In this document: one piece after another, positions 45,829 to 54,839 of the stretch
Position numbering within the stretch: position 1 is the stretch's first letter
Layout: every line of letters starts with the position of its first letter
NCBI GenBank assembly: GCA_963771175.1
Contig: CAVYSY010000051.1
Span: 32,001 to 96,000, forward strand
Origin: an uncultured delta proteobacterium
Lineage (GTDB): Bacteria; Myxococcota; Myxococcia; Myxococcales; Myxococcaceae
DNA: 64,000 nt
Reading direction: 5' to 3'
Program-made: the position numbers and the translations under genes
Notes under the pieces: generated by a model
What the model was told of the DNA's origin: nothing
Seen by the model: the letters and a program-made list of their open reading frames with translations, nothing else
Database searches by the model: none

Positions 45829-47161
45829 ATGCGCGTCATGGTGAGCCCGCTGCTGGAGCGTATCCGTCGGCGGGAGGCGAGGGTGGGCGTGGTGGGGATG
45901 GGCTACGTGGGTCTGCCGCTGGGCATGGCGTTCGCGGAGGCCGGCTTCCCCGTGACGGGGCTCGACGTCGACACGCGGAAGGTGGACAGCATCGGCAAGG
46001 GGGAGAGCTACATCAAGCACATCCCCAGCGCGCCGCTGAAGGAGCTGACGAGCAAGGGCAGGCTGAAGGCGACGACGGACTTCGCCCGGGCGAAGGAGCT
46101 GGACTGCATCATCATCTGCGTGCCCACGCCGCTCACGGCGTCGCGTGAGCCGGACATGAGCTACATCGTCAAGACGGGCGAGGCGCTCTCGCCGTACGTG
46201 CGTCCAGGGCAGCTCTTCGTCCTGGAGTCCACCACCTACCCGGGCACCACGGACGAGGTGCTCAAGCCGCATGCTGGAGAGGAGCGGCCTGAAGGCGGGC
46301 GTGGACTTCCACCTGGCCTTCAGCCCCGAGCGCGAGGACCCGGGCAACAAGAACTTCAACACCAAGACGATCCCGAAGATCGTCGGCGGCTACACCCCGG
46401 CGTGCCTCGAGGTGGCGCAGGCGCTCTACGCGCAGCGCGCTGCAAGGAGACGGTGCCGGTGTCCTCCACGCGCGTGGCCGAGCTGGCCAAGCTGCTGGAG
46501 AACATCTACCGCTGCGTCAACATCGCCATGGTCAACGAGATGAAGATGCTCTGCGACCGGATGGACATCGACGTGTGGGAGGTCATCGACGCGGCGAGCG
46601 ACCAAGCCCTTCGGCTTCATGCCCTTCTACCCGGGCCCGGGCCTGGGCGGGCACTGCATCCCCATCGACCCGTTCTACCTGACGTGGAAGGCGCGCGAGT
46701 ACGAGTTCCACACCAGGTTCATCGAGCTGGCCGGCGAGGTGAACACGCAGATGCCGTACTACGTGGTGCACCCGGACCATGGAGGCGCTCAACAAGCACA
46801 GGAAGACGCTCAACGGCTCGAAGGTGCTGTGCCTCGGCGCGGCGTACAAGAAGGACATCGACGACATGCGCGAGAGCCCGAGCCTGCGGATCATCTCGCT
46901 GCTCAAGGAGAAGGGCGCCGAGGTCGACTACCACGACCCGTACGTGCCGCGCCTCGAGGAGGGTCACGGCTTCCACTACTCGCATGACGTCGGTGCCGCT
47001 GCACCCGGAGACGCATCGGCCAGTACGACGCGGTGGTCATCCTCACCGACCACTCGAGCATCGACTACAACATGGTCGTGAAGCAGTCGCAGGTGGTCGT
47101 CGACACCCGCAACGCCAGCAAGAACGTGGGCCCGGGCCGTGAGAAGGTGACGAAGGCATAG
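45829..47161 (+). CDS. Nucleotide-sugar dehydrogenase (UDP-GlcNAc/UDP-Glc DH family; several frameshifts)
   Basis: [52 protein letters not shown]. Confidence 0.92.
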
Positions 47162-47204
47162 GCGGGGCGCCGGCCGGCCCGGTTGCCGTCCGGCCACAGC
47201 CAGG

Positions 47205-47254
47205 AGGCCCCGTCGCGGCGGTCAGGGGGGGACGCCGCGGTGGGGCCTTCGTTT
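47205..47254. terminator. Hairpin between convergent genes
   Basis: AGGCCCCGTCGCGGCG / CGCCGCGGTGGGGCCT followed by a short T-rich run. Confidence 0.65.
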
Positions 47255-47261
47255 ATCCAGC

Positions 47262-48035
47262 TCACGGACGCCTGGGCGCGCCGGGCTCTGGGACGGTCAG
47301 GTCCTCGGAGGAGTAGTAGGCGATGACCTGCTGCTGGTACTCCGGCCGCGAGTACACGTCGGGGCGGGGCCGCTCGATGACGTCCAGCAGGACGGCGGCC
47401 ACCTCCTCGACGGATTGCGCGCCGGGAATCCGCCGCGAGTCCACTCCGCCCCCGAGCGCGTTCACGCCGAACTCGGTGGCCACCACGCCCGGCAGGAACG
47501 CGGTGACGTGGATGTCCGGGTAGCGCTCGCGCAGCTCCTGGCGCAGGTTGGCCGTGAGCGCGTTGAGCGCGTGCTTGGCCGCGTTGTAGGCCGAGCGGAC
47601 GGGGACGTACGGCACCCGTCCCAGCATGGACGAGACGTTGATGATGTGCCCGCGTCCGCGCGACTGGAAGTGCGGCAGCACGGCCTGCATGCCGTAGAGC
47701 GCCGACTTGACGTTGACGCGCATCATCTCGTCGAAGTCCTCGTCGGTGAGCTCGGAGACGAGCTTGCTGATGCCTCGCCCCGCGTTGTTCACCCAGACGT
47801 CCACCTGCCCGAAGCGGGCAAGCGCCGCGTCCAGCACGCGCTGGACGTCTTCACGCCGGGAGACATCCGCGACCACCGGGAGTGCCTCGGACCCCGAGCG
47901 TGCCGCCACCTCGCGCAGCTCGCGCTCGCGCCGCGCGGCGAGCACCGGCTGCCACCCCTTCCGACCGACCTGCTCCGCCAGGGCGGCGCCGATTCCCGCG
48001 CTCGCTCCCGTGATCACCACGACTTTCTTGTCCAT
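47262..48035 (-). CDS. SDR family oxidoreductase
   Basis: TGASAGIG, NNAG, YNAAK. Confidence 0.92.
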   Translation of the reverse strand: MDKKVVVITGASAGIGAALAEQVGRKGWQPVLAARRERELREVAARSGSEALPVVADVSRREDVQRVLDAALARFGQVDVWVNNAGRGISKLVSELTDEDFDEMMRVNVKSALYGMQAVLPHFQSRGRGHIINVSSMLGRVPYVPVRSAYNAAKHALNALTANLRQELRERYPDIHVTAFLPGVVATEFGVNALGGGVDSRRIPGAQSVEEVAAVLLDVIERPRPDVYSRPEYQQQVIAYYSSEDLTVPEPGAPRRP

Positions 48036-48089
48036 GACGGCCTCCTCGCGGGGCATGTTAGCCGGGGCGGGGTCGGGTAGAGTCGGGGT

Positions 48090-49817
48090 GTGCGAAACCT
48101 ACTCAGGCCAGTCCTTCCACTGCTCGCCTCCTCGGTCCTCCTCGCCGCCGCCGCGCCCGCTCCGGACGCGCGCGTGGCGCTGGTGGACGCGATGGCGGAG
48201 GAGCTCCAGCGCAACCAGCAGCAGCTCAAGCTGCAGAACCACGAGCCTCCGTACTTCATGGGCTACCAGCTCAAGGACACGGAGCAGCACGGCATCGTCG
48301 CCCGTTACGGGGCGCTCTTCCAGGATGACTCGTTCCGCGAGCGAAAGCTGTACGTGGACGTGCGGGTGGGCTCGTACGACTTCGACAACTCGGGCCCCGA
48401 GGAGTACGAGTTCTTCGGCGGTGGCCGCGGCAGCAGCTACGTCGCCAACAAGGACGCGCCCATCGACGACGCGGCCCTGGCGCTGCGCACCTCGCTGTGG
48501 CTGGTGACGGACGAGAAGTACAAGGCCGCGCTCTCTCAGTTCCTCAAGAAGAAGGGTGAGAACGTCTACGCGGTGGAGGACCCGAAGCAGCCGCCGTCCT
48601 TCTCCAAGGAGAAGCCGACTCAGTACGTGCAGAAGCCGGTGGTCTTCCCGTTCGACCACGAGCGCTGGAGGAAGGTGGCGCGCGAGGTGTCCGCGCGCTT
48701 CAAGGCGCACCCCGAGATCTTCGACTCGGAGGTGCGGGTGACGGCGGACAAGGTGACGCGCCTCTTCGTGTCCACCGAGGGCAGCCGCATCGTGTCGGAA
48801 GAGACGATGTACGGGTTGCACGTGATGGCGGTGACGCGGGCGGACGACGGGCAGCTCCTGGACAACTCGCGCAACTACTACGCGCCCACCGAGGCGGGGT
48901 TGCCGGACGACAAGAAGCTGGCCGAGGCCACCACGAAGATCGTCGAGGAACTGCTGGCGCTGAGGAAGGCACCGGCCATCGACCCGTACACGGGGCCGGC
49001 CATCCTCGCGCCGGAGGCGGCGGGCGTGCTCTTCCACGAGACGATGGGGCACCGGCTGGAGGGAGACCGGCAGGATGGGGAAGGGGAGGGGAAGACCTTC
49101 CGGGGCCAGGTGGGCAAGCAGGTGCTGCCGGCGTTCCTCAGCCTCATCGACGACCCGACCCTGCGCACGCTGCAGGGCGAGCCGCTCAACGGGTTCTACG
49201 AGTACGACGAGGAGGGCGTGAAGGGGCAGCGGACGCCGCTGGTGGAGAAGGGCGTGCTGAAGGGCTACCTGCTGTCGAGGCGGCCGGTGGAGGGCTTCCT
49301 GCAGTCCAACGGGCACGGGCGCAGCCAGGGCACGCGCAAGCCGGTGGCGCGCATGGCCAACCTCATCGTCGAGTCGACGAAGCAGGTGGATGACGTGGAG
49401 CTGAAGAAGCAGCTCATCGCCGAGGCGAAGCGCCAGGGCAAGCCCTACGGGCTCATCATCCGGGACATCACGGGCGGCAACACCAACACGTCGAGCTACG
49501 GCTACCAGGCGTTCAAGGGCGTGCCGCGGATGGTGTACCGGGTGGACGTGAAGACGGGACAGGAGACGCTGGTGCGCGGGGTGGAGATCGTCGGCACGCC
49601 GCTGTCGTCGATCAACCGCATCATGTCCACGGGCCGCAAGTTGGGCATCTTCAACGGGTACTGCGGGGCGGAGAGCGGGAACGTGCCGGTGTCCACGGTG
49701 GCGCCGGCGGTGCTGCTGCAGGAGATCGAGCTGCAGCGGGCGATGGAGGGCAAGGACCGGCCGCCCATCCTGATGAGCCCGGCCGCGAGCACCACCGCGA
49801 GCGGTGACGTGAAGTAG
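48090..49817 (+). CDS. TldD/PmbA-family protease with signal peptide
   Basis: Sec-type N-terminus; FHETMGH, DEEG, SNGHGR, GYCGAESG. Confidence 0.85.
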   Translation: MRNLLRPVLPLLASSVLLAAAAPAPDARVALVDAMAEELQRNQQQLKLQNHEPPYFMGYQLKDTEQHGIVARYGALFQDDSFRERKLYVDVRVGSYDFDNSGPEEYEFFGGGRGSSYVANKDAPIDDAALALRTSLWLVTDEKYKAALSQFLKKKGENVYAVEDPKQPPSFSKEKPTQYVQKPVVFPFDHERWRKVAREVSARFKAHPEIFDSEVRVTADKVTRLFVSTEGSRIVSEETMYGLHVMAVTRADDGQLLDNSRNYYAPTEAGLPDDKKLAEATTKIVEELLALRKAPAIDPYTGPAILAPEAAGVLFHETMGHRLEGDRQDGEGEGKTFRGQVGKQVLPAFLSLIDDPTLRTLQGEPLNGFYEYDEEGVKGQRTPLVEKGVLKGYLLSRRPVEGFLQSNGHGRSQGTRKPVARMANLIVESTKQVDDVELKKQLIAEAKRQGKPYGLIIRDITGGNTNTSSYGYQAFKGVPRMVYRVDVKTGQETLVRGVEIVGTPLSSINRIMSTGRKLGIFNGYCGAESGNVPVSTVAPAVLLQEIELQRAMEGKDRPPILMSPAASTTASGDVK

Positions 49818-49829
49818 CGCAGCACTCTG

Positions 49830-49856
49830 GGGAGACAGGTCCAAATCCTGTCTCCC
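49830..49856. terminator. Hairpin downstream of the TldD-like gene
   Basis: GGGAGACAGG-7 nt-CCTGTCTCCC. Confidence 0.6.
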
Positions 49857-49940
49857 TGGCCAGCCCAAGCTGCTCGACGTGAGCTTCGAGCTGCTGATGC
49901 TCGAGCGCGTCGCGGACGCTCATTGATTCACGAGAGGCTC

Positions 49941-50930
49941 ATGTCACGCAGGACGCTCCGCCGCACCGTTTCCCGACTGCTGCTCTTCGCCCCGGCGCTT
50001 CCCCTCCTCGCCTGCTCGCGGCAGTCCTCCTACCGCATGAGTTGCTACGAGGTACTCTATGAGGAGAGGATCACGATCTCCTGGCGCGCCCCTCCCGATG
50101 GCGGCACTCATGAGCTGGACACCTGCCAGCACTACTGCATGAATTCGTACAGTGGGCAGAGGGCTGGTCCAGAGTGGCTGAAGGATTGCAGCCTGCAGAT
50201 GCGTGATGGTGGCACCAGCGCGGTAGTGACGTGTCAGGTCGTTGGGGAACTCTGTGAAGGCCGCCGTCCCGAGGGGCTGGTGAGCCGGGGTGTGGTGGAG
50301 GGCCGGGTGTCCGCGCTCGGAGCCCTCTTCGCCCGGATGGCCCACTTGGAGGCTGCCTCCGTGCCGGCCTTCGAGCGCCTCGCCGAGGAACTCGCCAATC
50401 ATGGGGCCCCCGCCCGGCTGGTGCGCGCCGCCCGCCGCTCCGCCTCGGACGAGGTACGCCACATGCGCGCCATGCGGGCCCTCGCCCAGCGTTACGGCGC
50501 TCCCATTCCTCCTCTGCAGGTGGAGCCCTTTGGCCCTCGTCCCCTGGCCGCGCTCGCGCTGGAGAATGCCGTGGAGGGCTGTGTGCGCGAGACGTTCGGT
50601 GCTCTCGTGGCGGGGTGGCAGGCTCGCTGCGCGCTCGATCCGGAGGTGCGCCGGGCCCTGGGCCACATCGCCCCGGACGAGCTGCGGCATGCGGAGCTCT
50701 CGTGGGCCATCGACGCTTGGGCCTCGCGCCGCCTCTCCGCATCGGAACGGGAGCACCTCCGAGAAGCCCGGCACGAAGCGCTGCGCACCCTGGCCCGCTC
50801 CGTGGCGCAGGACAAGCCCGTGGAGGCGTTCATCCGGTGGGCGGGGATGCCCTCGCCGGAAGCGGCACGCATGCTCGTGCGTGAGCTGACGGAGCTGGTT
50901 CTCGACCTGGAGCAACAGGCCGGGACTTGA
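49941..50930 (+). CDS. Ferritin-like-domain lipoprotein
   Basis: Lipobox LLAC; EGRRPEGL; HLEAASV, DEVRH, ENAVEGCVRE, DELRH diiron-type pattern. Confidence 0.8.
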   Translation: MSRRTLRRTVSRLLLFAPALPLLACSRQSSYRMSCYEVLYEERITISWRAPPDGGTHELDTCQHYCMNSYSGQRAGPEWLKDCSLQMRDGGTSAVVTCQVVGELCEGRRPEGLVSRGVVEGRVSALGALFARMAHLEAASVPAFERLAEELANHGAPARLVRAARRSASDEVRHMRAMRALAQRYGAPIPPLQVEPFGPRPLAALALENAVEGCVRETFGALVAGWQARCALDPEVRRALGHIAPDELRHAELSWAIDAWASRRLSASEREHLREARHEALRTLARSVAQDKPVEAFIRWAGMPSPEAARMLVRELTELVLDLEQQAGT

Positions 50931-51418
50931 TGTCCCCCTGGCAGTCGAGCCAAAGGGACATCAGGAGCGCACGCTCATGATGAAGCGACCATTCGTCGCC
51001 AGGGGGCGTATGCGGAACGGACCCCGGACGAGCAGGTCTTCCTCTATGCCACCGAATACGAGGACGACGTCCTGACCCACAAGAAGATCGAGGAAGGTGA
51101 CGTCGTTCTCTTCGTCACGCTCCCCAGGTTGGCGGAGGGGAGACTCCGCGCTGGGGGAAAGCGCTCCACCGCGCAGGTCGCCGTCTGGCGCTTCTCGGAG
51201 TCTTCGCCCCGTGATGGTTCTGACTGGCGCCAGAGTGATGGCACCGTGGAGGTGGTGATGCTCTCTCGGACGAAGGTCCACCTCCGGGTGGACGCGAAGT
51301 TCCCAGGCGGTGGGTCCGTCTCTGGCGAGCTCGTCGCGCCAATTCGCGGCGAGGATTGACTCAGGCGCAGTGGAGGGCGGTGCCGCGCGGTACGGGCGCT
51401 GTTGCAGTCCCATCAGAT

Positions 51419-52939
51419 TCAGCGGGCTCCCAGACGGTGGAGCAGAATCGTCCTCAGATAGTCGCGAGTACGTATCGCCTCGTCCTGATAGTTCCTGCCC
51501 TGTGTGCGTTCTCCGTGGACGATTTCGCACCTGCTTTCGTAGGACTCCCTCACCGCCCGCTGCAGGTTGTCGGCGGGTCCCACCCCAAGAGTCGCCAGCT
51601 CCTTGCTGATTCTCTCCGCGCACTTCGTGGTGAGAGAGCCCTCTCCTCGGCGCGTGAAGAGCCCCTCGAGTGCTACCCAGCAGTCTATCAGCCAGTCTTT
51701 TGGAGAGCCTCGGCGGCAGGACGAGAACCAGCGACGCAGGGCGATGGTCAGGCCTCCGTCCTGCGAGGCTCCTGCCTGACCTGTCTCAGCGGAGAAAAGA
51801 TCGTAGATTCGCGGAACCAATGCCTGCAAACGTTTGGCGTCATCAACGCTCAACGAGACATGGCCAGGCATGAATGCTCTATTGAAAGAGGCCCCGCCGA
51901 TGCGGGTCCTGAATCCCTCCCGGAGCGATCCTTCCCGGAGTTTCTCCGCGAAAGTGGGCTCGATGATGTATCCGATGGATGGCTCGCCCATGAGCAGGTT
52001 GAGAGCTACCAGCGCCACAAATTCTGGGAGTTCCAGCTTCAGCTCGTCATGCAGGTCCCTCTCCCACATGATGGTCTGAAAGCCCGGCTCTTCATATTCG
52101 AGCACACTCCGAAGACCAAGGACATCGAGCCCACGCAGCGGTATTTCATTGCACAGCGGGTCCGGGTTGAGCCAACGGTCGAGCTCCATCGCCGACACAG
52201 CCCTCAGCTTGAGGCGCGGCAGGAGTTCCAAAGCGGGGCCATTCAGCCACAGCTTGAGCAGGGGCGTCAGGCGGTATTGGCATTGCCGCCCACGCGCGAT
52301 GCGCTGCTTCAGTCGGATGAACAGGTAGTGCGCCACCCGCTCATCCAAGTTCAGTACCTGGGGGGCGAGCCATAGATAATCGCGGACGTACTCGCCAACA
52401 AAGCCATTCCACGCCCTCACGCGCATCTCGGCGAGGTTCGCGGGTGGATGTGCTTCATCTTCTGTTATGAGGAGACAGTTCCACTCTGGAGGCGCCTTCG
52501 ACATCAGCAGGGCCAGCGGATCCAGCGAGCGCAGTTGCTCTTCCTGGTTGTTTCTCACGAAAAGCTCAAACAGGTGTCGCGCATCATGGCACTGCATTGT
52601 CAAGATGCTGGGGCCACCGCTAGGCGAGACGCCAATCACCTCATTCCTCGACAGGACCTCTGATTGCCGTAGCCAGGCGCGCAAAAGCCGCTGCTCCTCG
52701 TCCAGGGCGTGCTCCTCCAATGAAGGCGAGAACAGACTGCCATCGGCCAGCCGCTTATGAAGCGGCTTCGGACCATGGGTCAGGAAGAAGTGGCATACCT
52801 CCCGGATGACGTTCTGGAGCGCTCCCTCCAGTTGCTCCAGGGGCGTTCCGGTCAAGGGCTTGGCCGTGAGGTGGCGAAGGTTCCAGAGTCCCTCTCCAAG
52901 AAGTCTTCCGAACAGCATCTTGCACTCCTCATGGAACAT
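51419..52939 (-). CDS. HEPN-domain protein (ApeA-like C-terminal HEPN)
   Basis: WVALEGLF ... YESRCEIVHG (RxxxxH); visibly more AT-rich than neighbouring genes. Confidence 0.75.
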   Translation of the reverse strand: MFHEECKMLFGRLLGEGLWNLRHLTAKPLTGTPLEQLEGALQNVIREVCHFFLTHGPKPLHKRLADGSLFSPSLEEHALDEEQRLLRAWLRQSEVLSRNEVIGVSPSGGPSILTMQCHDARHLFELFVRNNQEEQLRSLDPLALLMSKAPPEWNCLLITEDEAHPPANLAEMRVRAWNGFVGEYVRDYLWLAPQVLNLDERVAHYLFIRLKQRIARGRQCQYRLTPLLKLWLNGPALELLPRLKLRAVSAMELDRWLNPDPLCNEIPLRGLDVLGLRSVLEYEEPGFQTIMWERDLHDELKLELPEFVALVALNLLMGEPSIGYIIEPTFAEKLREGSLREGFRTRIGGASFNRAFMPGHVSLSVDDAKRLQALVPRIYDLFSAETGQAGASQDGGLTIALRRWFSSCRRGSPKDWLIDCWVALEGLFTRRGEGSLTTKCAERISKELATLGVGPADNLQRAVRESYESRCEIVHGERTQGRNYQDEAIRTRDYLRTILLHRLGAR

Positions 52940-53003
52940 TGGCGGCGATTGTAGCCGGACGCGGGCGTTTGCTCCGGAAACATGGAGGAATGAGGAAGAG
53001 GAA

Positions 53004-53068
53004 GGGGCCGACAAGGATTGAACGAGATGGACATGTGGAAGATGTAGTCCCGTTCGCATTCGGCCTCC
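53004..53068 (-). ncRNA. Putative minimal Y RNA-like hairpin, copy B
   Basis: GGAGGCCGAATGCGAACGGGACTACATCTTCCACATGTCCATCTCGTTCAATCCTTGTCGGCCCC; stem may extend to about 52993-53075. Confidence 0.7.
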
Positions 53069-53074
53069 CTCCTC

Positions 53075-53146
53075 CGCCGAGAGCCGGCAAGGAGTGAGTG
53101 AGACGGACAGTTGGAATGTAGTCACACTCGCATCCGGCCCCCGGCG
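53075..53146 (-). ncRNA. Putative minimal Y RNA-like hairpin, copy A
   Basis: CGCCGGGGGCCGGATGCGAGTGTGACTACATTCCAACTGTCCGTCTCACTCACTCCTTGCCGGCTCTCGGCG; begins 4 nt after the TROVE stop; covaries with copy B. Confidence 0.7.
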
Positions 53147-53150
53147 TTCC

Positions 53151-54707
53151 TCAAAGCTCGGTGCTCTCGATGGACTCCACCCACCGGCGGGCATCCAACC
53201 CGCCATTGGCGAAGTCCGACATCAGCTCGAACACCACATCCGAAAAACCTCCCACGTTGAAGATGTCCTCTCGCTCCGGTGCCTGGGTCGTCCCGTACGG
53301 CTGGAGATCGATGCACACCAGCCGCGCGCGCGGGTTGCGGCGCCGGAAGAGCTCCCACTGTCGCAGCGTCTCCGTCCCCACTCCCGCCCGCGCATCCACC
53401 CAGGACTCGTTGTCCGACACGAACACCACCAGCTCCCCCTTCGCGTGGCGCGCGTTCAGCCACGCCAGTGGCGCGCTGCAGTTCGTCCCGCCCCCTCCCA
53501 CCGACGCCATTCGCTGGGCGTTGGCCATGATGCTGTCGCGCACCGGGAGCGTCAGCGGCACCACGTCATGATCGAACGGCACCACCTGCGCGCCCGGGTT
53601 GCGTCGCAACATGGCCGCCGCCAGGAGCGCGGCCACGTCCACGCAGCGCACCGCCGTCGTCGCCCCCTCGCGATGCCCCGTCACCGGCGACTGCATGGAG
53701 CCCGAGACGTCCACGCAGACGTAGGCCCGGCCCTCCACTCGCGGCACGTTCTCGATGGCCACCTCCATGGCCGCCTGCAACGCGTCACGCACCCGGGCAG
53801 GCACCTCGCGACCCACCGCGCGCCACGCCGCCAGGAGCTGGTACGGGAACACCCGCGCCCGCCGCACCTCCGCCGGATCCGCCAGCCGCCGGGCGATCCG
53901 CTTCTCCATCCCCGGCTCGTTGAAAACGCCGTGCCGGGCGAAGGTGTTGAGGTTCATCCGCGTCATGTGCCAGGAGGCCTCCTGGGCGATGTGCACCCAC
54001 GCCTCCGTCTTCAGGGGCAGGGAAGTGAGGAGCTGGAAGGGCACCTCCGGCACCTCACGCGAGGTGGGGCGGGCCTTGAAGTCCTCGTAGTGGGCCACCA
54101 GCTCCGGCAGCGCCTCGCGCGCGTGGGGCCGACCCAGCAGGTAGCCATAGAAGGATTCACGTCGAGCCGTCTTCGGCTTGGGGTGCACCATGTGGATGAT
54201 GTCCGCCAGCGAGGGGGACTGGCCCACCGACTCACGAAAGAGCGTGTCCTCGTCGCGCGCGTCCAGCCACTCGCACACCAGCCGCTTGGGGAGGCTCCCC
54301 AGCGAGCGGCGGGCCACGAGCCCCGAGCGCATGATCTGCACGAAGGTGCGCAGCATGCGGCCGGTGTCGATGACGCGCGGGAAGACGCGCGGCAGCAGCT
54401 CGGGTCCGAGCACCGAGAGCACCGCGCACAGCAGCGCCGGGGTGTCCTTCATGTACCCGCGCTGGCGGCAGTACAGGGCCGTGCGAGCCACGAACTCCGG
54501 CTCCACCTGGCCACTCAGCGCGAGAAGCTGGTCGAGCTGCACCTCGGCCGCGGCATAGAAGGTGCCGTTGAGGCAGCCGGTGGCGGCGTACTGGGCCAGC
54601 GCGTGCCGGGGCGTGAAGGCAAAGGCAGGGGCGCCCTCCTCGTTGAGGGCATCGGGCGGGGGCAGTACCGGGCCGCGAGTGGTCTGGAAGAGGGACAGGT
54701 TCGCCAT
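53151..54707 (-). CDS. rsr: Ro60/TROVE + vWA ribonucleoprotein (Rsr)
   Basis: NEEGAPAF, TGCLNGTFY, MKDTPALL, MTRMNLNT, RVFPYQLL, MIDAS DVSGSM, GGTNCS, VSDNE, GFSD. Confidence 0.92.
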   Translation of the reverse strand: MANLSLFQTTRGPVLPPPDALNEEGAPAFAFTPRHALAQYAATGCLNGTFYAAAEVQLDQLLALSGQVEPEFVARTALYCRQRGYMKDTPALLCAVLSVLGPELLPRVFPRVIDTGRMLRTFVQIMRSGLVARRSLGSLPKRLVCEWLDARDEDTLFRESVGQSPSLADIIHMVHPKPKTARRESFYGYLLGRPHAREALPELVAHYEDFKARPTSREVPEVPFQLLTSLPLKTEAWVHIAQEASWHMTRMNLNTFARHGVFNEPGMEKRIARRLADPAEVRRARVFPYQLLAAWRAVGREVPARVRDALQAAMEVAIENVPRVEGRAYVCVDVSGSMQSPVTGHREGATTAVRCVDVAALLAAAMLRRNPGAQVVPFDHDVVPLTLPVRDSIMANAQRMASVGGGGTNCSAPLAWLNARHAKGELVVFVSDNESWVDARAGVGTETLRQWELFRRRNPRARLVCIDLQPYGTTQAPEREDIFNVGGFSDVVFELMSDFANGGLDARRWVESIESTEL

Positions 54708-54719
54708 GCCCCTGCCTTG

Positions 54720-54735
54720 AGCATCCGGCGTGCCA
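54720..54735 (-). promoter_or_regulatory. Sigma-54 (-24/-12) promoter of rsr
   Basis: TGGCACGCCGGATGCT, exact GG-N10-GC spacing. Confidence 0.7.
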
Positions 54736-54821
54736 TTCCGTCCGCCAGGGTGCCACCCAGCGCAAACCCGCGTCTTTCCAGGGACTTCCCCGGCCTGGCT
54801 CGGGAGCAGGCTCCTGGAGGC

Positions 54822-54839
54822 CTTATTCATCAGGATAAA
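54822..54839. promoter_or_regulatory. Enhancer-like inverted repeat (candidate RtcR-type UAS)
   Basis: TTATTC-N4-GGATAA, AT-rich, about 90-100 bp upstream of the -24 box. Confidence 0.55.

Noticed and set aside
52993..53146. CRISPR repeats, tRNAs or simple terminators
   Set aside because: Only two divergent units with no spacer; no T-loop or anticodon arm; conserved internal loops and no U-tract
53059..53206. Upstream starts extending the HEPN ORF to 595 aa
   Set aside because: The extension runs through the hairpin RNAs and the rsr 3' end and is not protein-like; ATG 52939 preferred
54742..54755. Second TGGCAC upstream of rsr as a sigma-54 promoter
   Set aside because: No GC at the -12 position
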